The notes: generated by a model from the sequence alone, not told the origin. Positions 27,000-39,011 are shown, numbered from the whole stretch's first letter. The stretch: 62,174 nucleotides of DNA, filler included, from Hausera hauseri (GCA_046269625.1; 11 parts of 11 records of this genome joined end to end with filler, not necessarily neighbours in it), one strand, 5' to 3'. Made by a program: numbers and translations.

Positions 27000-28681
27000 C
27001 AGCACATTTGGTAATTGTCTCAATAAGTCACAACCTAATACTACATCGTTGGTTAATTGTTCCATTATTGCAAATTCGTAATGGAAGGATTGTCCCATAA
27101 TGTGAACTTCTGGATTCCATTTAAACATCGGTCTTGACATTTGTCCAACGGCTCCCATACTTCCGGGATCTTTTGTTGATAGCGGGTGCAGATGTCCTCA
27201 TAACGTTTGCGGAATTGAATCATTTTTGATATACGACGTTTCAGAACCCCTGTCGATTAGGGCGTAAACTTCCCAGTCTTCAGTAGTATCTTTGACAAAG
27301 GGCCTTCTTTCTATTACTGTTCCATAACAATTCGATGCGACTTTGGGTTGCTTAATCGTCGATATTTTATGGCCGCTGCTTCTAATATCTGGGGAATTAA
27401 TTACACTTTCGGTTAGCTGTTTCAATTCTCCATTTGGGTATAGTTCGCTGTTTGCGACGTTCATATCCTCTGCTTCATGGCTACTGATTAGTGGTTGTCG
27501 ATTATTAGCATGTGATTCTAGATTTCGAAACGTTTGCATTCTTTGAGATTTCCCGAGACTGTTGATCTGGTTTCTATATTTCCAGGTACTCTTGGAGAAT
27601 ATAATATTTTGTGATCATCCACTGACTGTCGGCGACAAGGTGCAGAGTTTTCTCTATACTCGTGCATTTTCCGTAAAACTCCATATTGTTTTGTTGCTTC
27701 ATAAGGGTCTTCAAAACTATATGGTCTTGTATAGATTTCTGTTCGATAGGATCTCATCAATTGTTTGTCACAATCTTCATAGATCGGCGCTGTTGGAGGC
27801 AGCACAGGTGGTGGTGACTTTACGACAGAATACGTTTTATGCCTATTTACTTTGGAGACGGCTACTTCTCCCTTAGGCTCGTCATCATTCGAATCGTTCC
27901 GCATTTTGGGTTGAGGAATTTTCGTCCATATAAGAATGTCTTCGTCTTCGATTATGATAGCCAACATGTCGTTTTCTACCCGTTTTCCTCGTAGGCCTTC
28001 ATAAATTTGCCGAATGGCGTTATAATTGCAGTTAAAATGTTACATGAGAATCTCGTCAACGTAGATAATTTGTATCCATTGGATTAGGGCTTTGATTAAT
28101 TATACTAAGAAATAGATCGCTAAAAATCCAGATGCGGCCTGTCCAAAAATGAAAAATCTTCCACAAATTTTGTATAGTATTTCGGTGTTACTCTGATAAT
28201 GGTCTGCACCAAGTAACGATTCCCATTAGATAGCGAGTATCATCTACCACTGCAAATATGGCCCAATTTAATTCGTGTGTACGTTGGCGCGGAAAAGTGA
28301 GAAACTGTCTAAAAGCTTCAACTTTTGTCTATAAATATCCTTCGTTTAGGCGTCCCGAAATTTGTCATCTGTTATTCCTTTTACGAGATTGGTTCCTGTT
28401 AGATTGTTGGTTGCGGCAGTTATGTATTTGCTTGGTAGGCTTACCCAATATGTTTGGCTACATCTGAACATTGGTTCTCCTAAGCTCGCTTTATATTCTT
28501 CTAAAATTGTTAGCTGAGTTGAGTTAGCTAACAGAAATCTAAGAAGACATAATAATTGTAATAATCGTGGTTTATTCTGGTATAAGACGGGTTCTTGTAT
28601 ACAACGTTTTTCTTCGACATTAATTTGTACATTTTTTCTCACATTCATAGGTTAACAGAACGTCGCCTGTGACTCGGCCAA
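27000..28681 (-). mobile_element. Fragment of the env-before-pol Gypsy family: glycoprotein C-terminus, PTAP linker, protease
   Basis: GRVTGDVLL, RCIQEPVLYQN, GIYRQK and FFIFGQAASGFLAIYFL, then PPTAP, then DWEVYALIDRGSETSYI. Colinear with 58800-60420. Confidence 0.88.
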
Positions 28682-28781
28682 NNNNNNNNNNNNNNNNNNN
28701 NNNNNNNNNNNNNNNNNNNNNNNNNTTAATTAATTAANNNNNNNNNNNNNNNNNNNNNNNNNNNNNNNNNNNNNNNNNNNN

Positions 28782-30121
28782 CCCAACAGTCGACTAATGA
28801 AATGGGCTATGTTGCTCCAACCGTATGACCTTAAGTTTGAATATAAAACGGGGAAAGCTAATGCAAATGCAGACTACATGTCCAGAATACCTGAAGACAT
28901 AGATCAAGAGGAAGAAATAACGGATAAACCAGGCGTTATAGCAGCCATTTGGAGTATTACAAAAGAAAAATCACTGTTACAAAAACAGCAAAATGACAAA
29001 CAGATAAAACAAATCAAAAAATTTCTACAAAAGAAAATGATATCCTGAGATACTAACCTTCATGTACATTTAGAAAAATTTGTTGAAAATTATGAAATAA
29101 AGAATAGTATTATGTACTACAACCACAAAGGAAAACTAGTTGTAGTTGTCCCACAAGACAAAGTTATTATTAATCCAGTATCACAACAGGGTGCTGGAAG
29201 GACATCAGCGATAAAGAACGTTAGGCAGATTAAAAAGAAAATCTTGGTACATGCCGAAGGATGCTCAGGAATGGTGTAAAAGCTGTCCAATCTGTACCAC
29301 AAGGAAGAATACAGTTTCAAAAATCAAAGTCCATCTCAAACCATTAGAATGGCCACCGGCTTCAATGGAATTTTCAGCAATGGACATTCTAGGACTATTA
29401 CCTATGACAGTAAATGGAAACAAATATGTTAGTGTTTGTAGACTTGTTATCCAGATGGCCAGTTGTAATTCCAATATCAGACCAGAAAGCTCAAACTATT
29501 GCTCAGGCATTTGTAGAAGAAATCATATTTAATTACGGAGCACTCTAAATTATTAACAGATCAAGCTCAAAATTTTACAGAAGTTATGGTAGAAAACTCA
29601 AAAATATTTCGGATATTACAGTTGAAAACAACTACCTATCATCCACAAACTAATGGAACAGTAGAAAGATTTAACGGAATTTTAACCAATATGTTGGATA
29701 CGATGGTTATTGAACGACAATATGATTGGGACGAATTCATAAAGCCTTGTCTATTTCAATCAGAAACACGATTCATCCTGCGACAAAAGAAACCTTATAT
29801 ACCAGTTGATTTAGGCGTCAAAAACACCGGTCTCATATTTAAATGATATGGAATACAAAAAATTGCTGGAAGAGAAACCGGGTTATGTATGGAATTTGGC
29901 AGCAAGACACATAAAGATCTGTCAAAAAGAATATAAAACTAGATATTATGAAAAACCCAAACTGCATAACTTCAAACCTGAAGACAAGATTATGTTGCAT
30001 ACGCCTCTGGGTAAGAAATGAAAACTCCAGAACTGGACAGACCAAACAAAGGTCCTTATATGATCCAAAAAGTAAATGAGATTAATATCTACTTAAATAA
30101 AAATAAAAAAATAAAATCGAC
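28782..30121 (+). mobile_element. Degenerate Ty3/Gypsy pol 3' part (end of RNase H, integrase)
   Basis: Motifs RLMKWAMLLQPYD..YKTGKANANADYMSR, WCKSCPIC, MDILGLLP, TDQ, YHPQTNGTVERFN and GPY at 30051. Several stops and frameshifts. Confidence 0.9.
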
Positions 30122-30202
30122 CCCATAAAAGTCCATGCAAATAGATGTAAGCCAGCACCAACGGATTCTAGGATCAGAAATGAAAACCTCGGTCTATTAC
30201 TA

Positions 30203-33145
30203 TTGACAACATTTGTAATATTAACTTTAGTGACCAGTATATCAGCCCAACCCTTGGATGTAAATTACAAAGCCGTACAAGTTGGAAAATACCCTTGCAT
30301 AAAAATTACGGCTAATCGAAATTTAACGACAGACGAATATATACATATATTCATATCGAAATTACCCGTAGTAGAGAAAGCAACACCAGAGAACTGTGAT
30401 TTGTATTATAATCATTCAATACACGTTTGTTGTGGACTCTCATTCGGAGAAACTTATAGGATCCAATACGCAATTGGAAAAAGTGATCACAGCTACAGAA
30501 CATATTTTTCATTTCCTGGCACTACCCATTATTTCCATCGACCTTATTTTCTTATTTCATTTTACACTAAGGTCATGAAAAATGGACCTTGTGTAACAGC
30601 GGAGCCCGATGTTTCAAACACGAGGTATGTTACATTTAAATACATAATATTTGATGGTATAAATAGCATTCACTGTAAACCAACTTATCAAAACCCGTAT
30701 ATATGTTGCCCTATTGTTTTCGATAAAGAGTATACAATATATTATTGGACAACGTATAATGTTTATACATGGTCAAAAACTTCGGATGGTCCAGAGATAA
30801 TAATACGACCTCCAGCCAAGAAAATTACAACTTCAACAAAGAAAACAACTACTTTGATAATACCATCCAGTATAGTAGCTAGTCTAATAATGGAACTCAA
30901 GAAAGTTGTTAAGGAATTAGATACAATTATCCAACCAACAACTCACTCATTAATTATTACAGTAACAGACTTAAAAACTACGAACGTAAAATTCGAATGT
31001 TATTTTAATCATAAAGTAGTCAGCGAAAGAGTGTTAACTCCGGATGAACCAACATCAGCCTGTGCGTCCTTAGAGGCCGATACTAATTATCAGATTATTA
31101 TAACAGAGCTAGACAAAGACGGACAAGTCCTACAAGTTTTCAAAAAGAAAGAGAAAACGTTGAAATTACCTATGATCGTTACAGAAAGAGTTACAAAAAT
31201 AACTACTATACAAATTCAAGAAGAAACTCCTAATAAATACCTTTGGATAATTAGTATATTATGTACTCTTCTAATATTACTAGTCATACTGTTACCCCTA
31301 ACGATATACTGTTTAAAAGTGAGACAGCGAAGACGTAAAATAAGAAAAATAATAAATCAGTTAAAACTTTTAAGAGAAGATTCTCAAAATATGTTAACAG
31401 GGAAAATAAGTGCACCCAAAGATGAAACTCCACGTACTCCCGAACGGCTAATTTGTCCGTCAATCCAAAAGCCATCGGTTAAAAAGCCGACTAATCCAAA
31501 ATGGCAAGATTGCCCATTAAGTCTCCCTAATGAAAACAATCAAACAAGTAAACGACAAGTTTGTCGATCAATAGACACGACCGTGTGTTACTGTACAAAG
31601 ATACAGAATGAAGTTACTAAATTTTTTGCGATCTACAAAAGCTATAAATTAAAAAAGAATACCTTTATTTCCATCTCTAAATCGTCTTGGTTAATATTTG
31701 TTTATTTCCTTTTAGTTCAAGAAGGATCCGAACTTGTGGACAGAACCAAATCTTTTTATTATAATATCATCAGCAATTTGAATGAAACTGACAACAAAGA
31801 TTATGTCTATTATGGTAAGGCAAACCTAATACCCAACAACTTAAAAGGCCATCTTCTCCATCAAAGATCCGGATTGATAATGAAATTGCCTAATACTTCT
31901 ACAAAACTTTCGGATTTAATTGACATTTCCAGCCAAACCACATCAGTCTTTGTGTCTACAGCAAAAGGCCATCTTCAGATAAAGAGTCGAGCACACCTGA
32001 ATGATTTTACTGACACTTTAGATGTCACGGCCTACACCACGATTCGTTTAGATAAGAAGTTTTATCGAAATGTGACCATCATCTTACGGACGTATGGAGG
32101 CCCATCCCCGATAATATACATCGAAGTTACACGAAGAGAGGTCCTCCCTCAGATCGAATATGAAAAACCGATATACCCTTCCAATCTACCTAATCGTGAC
32201 CAGCTCACAACTGGAATATCCTTTTCCAGATTACCGCTGAAATCAAAGGATCAGATAGTAATATTAGCGACAAATTTCGCTTTCCTCCTAACCCCTTTAC
32301 GTAATAAAGAAACAACTCTCGTGGAACTAACCATTATGGATATTGAAGGGGATATCATTTTGGACGAACTCGTTACTCCGCGAGACCGGATAGATAACTA
32401 CAACAGTCTGATTACTGGATTAAAAGAAGTGAATTTAATCGGACAGATAGATGCCTATCAAGTTAGATCATTCATTAGAAAAGAACTCAATGGAAAGATG
32501 ATAATTGGAATCGATATTTACAACACCAACTTACATCTCGATCTTTTTGATACTAACGCAATATTAGGAATTAGGGATCTTTTATATCATCCGGAAATAA
32601 ATCCCGATAAAGCATTGACCCATAAGCAAGTTTTAATGAAATTTAATAACATCGTATATCCTCAACGTACCAAGGAGAAGGCTGCAACAATATTAAAAAT
32701 ATACAATTCTATCGAAGAATATAAAATTGAGGAAGGAAATTTCCAGAAATTACCCATTCAATTTCAATCAAATCAATCAGAATCATCCGTAAATGAAATC
32801 TTATTAGATAATAAACAATTTATGACTCTGGCTTTGACAGATGATTCTAAACCTGAATTGATGGATATTAGTGACACTTTTGAAACATCTACCCTTAACC
32901 AACTAACTACTAACCAATCGCTCTCAACCACTACTTCTAACGAATCCATTACAATCGATCTGACCCAATCACAAAAAAAGAAGAGAACTACCCGTGAAAC
33001 AGTTACTCTTAAGAAAAAGATCCGGAAAGGAAATCAATGGCTGCGGATAGACTCCGACAATTACAGATATACCAATGGCACTCTTGTAACCTATCCGTTG
33101 AAGCTGGGGACAGCTTCGTCTAAGGAGGGAGAAGATGTTCAATAA
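30203..33145 (+). CDS. Intact 980-aa type I membrane protein in the env position: signal peptide, three FN3-like repeats, TM, cytoplasmic REX4/ISG20-like pseudo-exonuclease
   Basis: Hydrophobic N-terminus. FN3-like motifs GLSFGETYRIQY, IVFDKEYTIYY and LEADTNYQIIIT, with a Thr-rich linker. TM at about 31238-31316 followed by RQRRRK. DEDDh-like pattern at about 32250-32715 lacking the ExoI D/E. The frame is open upstream to the integrase motif VHANRCKP. The ORF ends over the PPT/LTR junction. Confidence 0.8.
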   Translation: MTTFVILTLVTSISAQPLDVNYKAVQVGKYPCIKITANRNLTTDEYIHIFISKLPVVEKATPENCDLYYNHSIHVCCGLSFGETYRIQYAIGKSDHSYRTYFSFPGTTHYFHRPYFLISFYTKVMKNGPCVTAEPDVSNTRYVTFKYIIFDGINSIHCKPTYQNPYICCPIVFDKEYTIYYWTTYNVYTWSKTSDGPEIIIRPPAKKITTSTKKTTTLIIPSSIVASLIMELKKVVKELDTIIQPTTHSLIITVTDLKTTNVKFECYFNHKVVSERVLTPDEPTSACASLEADTNYQIIITELDKDGQVLQVFKKKEKTLKLPMIVTERVTKITTIQIQEETPNKYLWIISILCTLLILLVILLPLTIYCLKVRQRRRKIRKIINQLKLLREDSQNMLTGKISAPKDETPRTPERLICPSIQKPSVKKPTNPKWQDCPLSLPNENNQTSKRQVCRSIDTTVCYCTKIQNEVTKFFAIYKSYKLKKNTFISISKSSWLIFVYFLLVQEGSELVDRTKSFYYNIISNLNETDNKDYVYYGKANLIPNNLKGHLLHQRSGLIMKLPNTSTKLSDLIDISSQTTSVFVSTAKGHLQIKSRAHLNDFTDTLDVTAYTTIRLDKKFYRNVTIILRTYGGPSPIIYIEVTRREVLPQIEYEKPIYPSNLPNRDQLTTGISFSRLPLKSKDQIVILATNFAFLLTPLRNKETTLVELTIMDIEGDIILDELVTPRDRIDNYNSLITGLKEVNLIGQIDAYQVRSFIRKELNGKMIIGIDIYNTNLHLDLFDTNAILGIRDLLYHPEINPDKALTHKQVLMKFNNIVYPQRTKEKAATILKIYNSIEEYKIEEGNFQKLPIQFQSNQSESSVNEILLDNKQFMTLALTDDSKPELMDISDTFETSTLNQLTTNQSLSTTTSNESITIDLTQSQKKKRTTRETVTLKKKIRKGNQWLRIDSDNYRYTNGTLVTYPLKLGTASSKEGEDVQ

Positions 33146-34087
33146 TCGGCCTGAATTGGTAAATAATCCAATGAAATACAAAATAAACAATTGAATTTTG
33201 AATGTCAGTGATTTTTATTTGTATTTCATTTAAATTAAATGGATTTTTATTTTCCTGTTATTTTACATAATGAAATGTAAATTTTTCTTGTGATTATATT
33301 TGTATTAGTTGGGTATAAATATCGTAATTTTTATGACTGAAACATAATGCAATTTTCTGGTGACAACGAACGACAATTCGTACCTACCTTTATGATGATT
33401 TACTACAATACTTGTAAGCTTTTTCTTTAATTTTTGTACATTTTTTGGTTATAGATTGTAAATTATATATTTTTAATACATATTAACCTTGATTTTAGTT
33501 CCGTTGTAAAGTATAATATTTAGTAGTAAGGATTAATTAATATTAAAATATTAACCCGTTTTGGTATTCCGGCCCTGTAATCTGCCGGATGTATAAATTC
33601 TAATAAGTAAGGGGTAAACCGTCAGTGTTCCTCCTGAACGGTCCTCACACTAAGGTCAAATAAAACTTGAAGGCAACCCCACAGGTTGCTCCTAAGAATA
33701 ATTAATTTCTGGTCTAGGGGGAAGGAGAAACCCCAGACTATATTTAGTCCTAAGTAAAGAGTATAAGTTTAAGGTCGTAAGACTAATAAATCTTAGACTA
33801 TAAACTTATCAACTAGCTACCGTATTTATATAGCTGATGACAACAATTTTCTGGAAGAGAATTTTTCGTTTAATTCTGTTCGAATTTGTATCAATTAATT
33901 CTTATTTGCCAGATTATTTAACCAATTCTCCACAAATGGCCATGCAATTTTAGTATATTTTCTGTGCAATAAATTTTTAAAGATTTCGATTATAATCCAA
34001 CTTAATTCGGTTTCGATTTCGTATTTAGAATTCTTTCGTTTTCGGTTATTTACATTTGTACATACTTCTTTGTGAACTTTTATAACA
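33136..34087. repeat. Probable LTR sequence (TGTT...AACA) with an inward-facing polypurine tract on each side
   Basis: On the + strand, PPT AAGGAGGGAGAAGA (33122-33135) is followed by TGTT. On the - strand, PPT AGGGAAGAAAAA (34088-34099) is followed by TGTTAT. Contains a TATA box, poly(A) signals and a hairpin cluster. Confidence 0.55.
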
Positions 34088-34099
34088 TTTTTCTTCCCT

Positions 34100-35470
34100 G
34101 AACGGCACTCTCGGATGTGCTCATTGCGTCAGAGGAGGTGCCGCTCAGTCGGTTCATTCTTCTACGTAAGTCCGTTTCCAAATCCGATTAGTCTCTTGGC
34201 GATTGTAAGTCAAAGTTGTAGGATGTAGTGGGTTTTTGGGGCAATATTTCTACTACCTCTTTATTTTCTCCACTGACATAGTACTTCAGTCTGGTAGCTT
34301 CGGCTGTACATACAGGACAAATCGTTTTCCCCTTTTTCAGTGTTCACGTTTCTGAACAGTATCTACAGTACTTGTGAGTACAGTCTTTATTGTCCAATAC
34401 CACGAATTCTTGGTAGAGATTAGCGTCGCAAACTGGGCATTCTTCCTTTTCATCTCCATCTATGTCTACGAGGTTTTCATCAACTTCTATTTATTCGAAT
34501 ACTAGTCCTTTTTTATCTTGATATAAGTATCCATATAAGCGTTTTTGTTTAGGGTCTATAGAACTTTTTTAGGGTCGTCTGATACTGTGACCAAAGTCCA
34601 CTCGACTACCTCTTGTTTATCTAAATCAGGTATTCCAGTTTTCTTGTATTGCCTTTTTAGTTGAATTCGAACTTGAGTATCCACAGGAATTGTCAATCGG
34701 TTAGTACCGTTCATTGATTGGAATATCGGGGTTAGATATCTGCCAACAGTGGTATATTCTCTTGTGTATCCGTTTCCACTTACTATTCTCCTGGGAACGG
34801 TGGATATATGGAATATCGCTTCCTTAATTTTACCCTTGCTATAATATTCGGTCATGACAAGCATTCAGTGGTATTCTTTTACTTGACCAAATTCCGTGAC
34901 TATGATTGGGACATCTTCTTCCCAATTCTTCCAAAGGACGTTTACTTCTGTCTTGAGGGAATTGGATTTAATAGTTTTCCATTGGCCTTCGTTGTTTTCT
35001 TTCGTTTCTTAACTGATCGGTATTTCGGTCTGATCGTCTATCCGTTCATTTGGTGTGGGTCTGTTTGATGCTGATTTGATTTCTTTCGTTTTCTCTTACT
35101 GGTTTTGCTTCCTTTTTGCTAATATATTCTAGGAAGAAGGTTTTTGTCTTTGTCCTCTCGAATTTTCATCTTGAGCTCTACTGGTTAACGGTTTTTGTCT
35201 ACTGTTTGATGTTTCTGCTGAACTATTGTGTATAGTTTCTCGAAATCGATTATATTTTTGAGGTTTGATTTGCCTATAAACTCTTTTTGGAATTTTTATA
35301 TCAAGACTTTCGGATTGTTGTCGGATATCACATTCTATACGGGACTTCTAGGTTTCTACTCATGTTCCCGTCGTAATGAGGCATAGATGTCTTTTAGAAA
35401 CCTTGTTCTTTGACTTGCTGACATCCGTTTAGGAAATTTGAATTCTCCGCCATTCATGGCCTCTAACATA
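34100..35470 (-). pseudogene. 3' part of a second accessory-ORF copy: exonuclease tail, basic region, conserved domain, RING finger
   Basis: MLVMTEYYSKGKIKEAIF...EWTLVTVSDDPKK..YGYLYQD matches MLVMAEYCSHQKIKEAVF...DWTLVSVNYDPRK..HGYLYQD at 14431-15041. RING: CPVC...CTHKYCRYC...CPVC. Confidence 0.8.
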
Positions 35471-35576
35471 ATCTTAAATTGTGATTCACGCGACGCTGAC
35501 GGAAGCAGACACCCTCTTTTCCTCATTATATTATTTTCAACTTGACTTACAACTGCTGGATTCAGACCCAGTTCAC

Positions 35577-35652
35577 GGATGGCATGCCATTATTGTTGAC
35601 GGACATGACGTACGGCAACTCATTGCAGCATTTGAAGAGGCAGCCAATCACA
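35577..35652 (+). pseudogene. TKT: Transketolase fragment at the contig end
   Basis: GWHAIIVDGHDVRQLIAAF matches the animal transketolase motif GWHAIIVDGH. Only about 25 codons are visible. Confidence 0.6.
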
Positions 35653-36383
35653 NNNNNNNNNNNNNNNNNNNNNNNNNNNNNNNNNNNNNNNNNNNNTTAA
35701 TTAATTAANNNNNNNNNNNNNNNNNNNNNNNNNNNNNNNNNNNNNNNNNNNNGTAATTGTTATATTAATAAATATTTTATACAGACTTCTTTGTCTTCTG
35801 TTTTGTCTTAGTGTAAATTATTTTGTTGTGACAATGACATTAACTTTACATTACAAAAGGGTGGGAATAGTGAAACCACGACTGCCCCAAAATTAAAACA
35901 AAAGTGGGGTGGTAATAGTGAAATCCAACAGCGGCCAGAAAATGCTTTGTTCACAACCAAAATTTAAACAAAAAAATTTCTTGGCGCGAAATTCAAATTT
36001 TTAAGTCCGCCTACAATCCTGGCAGTACGCTTGCTTCTGTGTTTCACTTTCATATTAGGATCGATTGATTATTGACAATATTGAATTGATTGATTATTGA
36101 CAATATTGACCCATTGATTAACATTGTGTTAGGATCGATTGATTATTGACAATGCTGAATTGATTAGTTGTTGACGATATTTACCCCTTTCTTGTATATA
36201 TATTGTCGAGCCTCTATGATAGGCGTTTTTACTATACTGTCAATTGTAAAGTTACTTGTGAACCCTACCTTACAATTGCAACCACCATAAAATATAATTA
36301 GTTTGAAAATTTAAATTATTTATTTTGCTTCGTTTTGCCAATTTTAAAAAAGAAAAAATCATTTCACAAATCGTCAATGAATC

Positions 36384-36526
36384 ATTGAATTTTAATTTTT
36401 GAAAAGTCCATGAACTTAATTGTATGAATCACTGGTTTTTCAAAATCAACAGATTGAATTTTAATTTTTGAAAAGTCCATGAACTTAATTGTATGCATCA
36501 CCGGTTTTTCAAAATCAACAGATTGA
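36384..36526. repeat. 69-bp tandem duplication. Other local duplications at about 36056-36180, 36822-36877, 42072-42116 and 42193-42355
   Basis: Direct repeats are visible in the sequence. Confidence 0.85.
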
Positions 36527-39011
36527 GCTTCAAATTCAGAATTGACGTCATTAGTATGAACCTTGAATTTAAAATTGACGTCACTAGCATGGACTTCGAA
36601 TTTGAAAATAAAAATTATAAACAAACCCACACATAAATAGTCGAGGCATTCACGAACAAAAACACACACAAAATTCTACTATCAAACCTAAAGATTTTAT
36701 TATTAGTTGACGTACCAAATTTCCAGGAGAACTTGTAGGTAAGTTCCTCATATTTTATGACTGAAACATATAAATTTAAGAAATACTAAGGCGACAAAGA
36801 CTAGCACAGAGAATTATTTGAAGAAATTGTATATCCGACTATTGACGAAAGAAATTGTATATCCGACTATTGACGAATAATCCTAATAAATTCTACATTG
36901 AGCTTACCTTTGACGATTTGAACAATAAATTGATAAATGGCTGAAGCAAATTCTTTTGATAATGGTGAGTTGTCAATTGTTTTATTTTATTATGTTACCG
37001 ATGTAAAGTATTGTGTTAAAATACAATTTTGATATATTAAATATTTGCGGAATACAAAGATGGATATGGATCGTGAAAGAGTATACGAAAACAAAGACAT
37101 GAACCGCTGTGGAACTTCGAAGCTGGAGTGGTAAAGCAAAACAACGTTAATCAGTGTGTCTAGCAAAACAACTATGGATGTCAAAATGGCTAAATTCGTG
37201 ATATATGTGATACCCTACGTAACGATAGATTATGACAGGAGCACCGATACACCAGAGCATTGAATATAATCGATGATGGATTCACCTGAGAGCTCTACAG
37301 AGAACCTGAACCGGAGACCGAATATACTAAGGAATCATAATTCTCCGAGGACGAGTATAGAGGTCACAAGTACGCCGGATATTCTCTCAGTTCGATAGAC
37401 AAACGGAGTTGTAAAATAATTGTGGTATTAGTAAATTGTTGGTATAGCTGGGGATGGGAGTGTGAAGGTAGCGTGTTGGTACCCCGTCTTGATGATTATT
37501 GAATGGAATTATTAATTCATATAAAATTGATGAACATTTCCTATAATTGTATGTCTTATGATTTAATGATATTTACCTTAATAAGAGTTGAATAATAGCG
37601 TGTTGAAAGTGTTAATGGCGGGTTTATATATATTAATATTGTTCCTAGCGACGTTAATGGTATCTATGTAATAATTCCGGGTAGTATATGTTAGATGGTA
37701 CCATAGTTATTATGATAGTTAACAGAAATTTGGAATTTTTACGAGAATAAAAATAAAAATAATGAGTTATTATGTTCTATGGGGTTACTAGGTTAAAGTA
37801 TTGTAACGGAGAATATCATAGTACAAATAATGAGTATAATGGATGCGAGTCCCTTTCATATAGATAATATTATAATTTTGCATCAGATGATGATAAGGTT
37901 ATGATTTGTGAAAAAGAATATTTGCCAGTAATCGTGACGGAGGCATAACATATGACCATACGGTACCTACTAATCTATAAACTAACGTAATTGTGTAAGG
38001 ATGAATATATCTTGAGATTGTATAAAATAAAGTACGTCTATTCAATTCGATGTAGAATCATAAAAAGTTTATGCCTAAATATACGTCAGAATATAAAACG
38101 AATGTACGATGAACCATGAGATGAAATGTTCGTTTAGACAATAGAAGCTTGCAAAATACCGGTTAACTACCTTTCGTATATTTCGATATGATATGTAGTA
38201 CTTAGGTGATAGAATAAATGTGTGACGATAGTAATAATAACAAACCTATTTCAGTGATTAGTAACTATCCACATAATACAAAGGATTTAAAGGAGATAAA
38301 ATATTACTTTTAGGTTAGATGGCTGTATTTTTCGACTAGAGGCAATTTGTTTCTCATTCATTCAATTTAACGAAAAATCTGAAATTTTTATTATCGATAT
38401 TTTATCTTATTGTATTGCATCTATTCTTATGTATTAGTGTGTTTTCTATTCACCCAACAGTAAACCCAATAGTTTTAGTTGATGAATGAAAGTGAGTTCG
38501 ATTTGGGAATTCTATAAAGGAATGGATCTCCGTTATTGACGTGAAGTGTAAGTTCTTGAAGAGTGTAAAGGATTGTCTATTGTCAAAAGTCTTCACGTCC
38601 TTTTGTCTGTAACACCTAACACTCTATAATTGTTGTAATGTGGTTAGAGAATCTTCAAATCCCATTTTGATAATAATTGACGAACGTGAAAAAATCAACT
38701 TTGAGGAAGTATGATATACAAGGAACATGATACCCCCACAACCTAGATTATTGAGACTCTCTATATATCGACATGAATCGAGAGTATAGGAGGGACGCTA
38801 TATCGATAATAGAAGAAATTTGAATATCGAACTTTTGGATAATAGATCGGCATGCGGATATCTATCCCTAGTCAGAATTAAAAGTGTACTATACTATTCT
38901 TGAAAATAACATGTTTAACTCTTTTGATGATATGGAAAGAGGAAAATTGATATATATATATATACATATAATAGGTAGACATAATCGCGGGAACCCAGAA
39001 AGCTGTTTGTA

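Noticed and set aside
31685-31717. Second TM helix in the 980-aa protein (SWLIFVYFLLV)
   Set aside because: Only about 11 hydrophobic residues, too short to call without a predictor.
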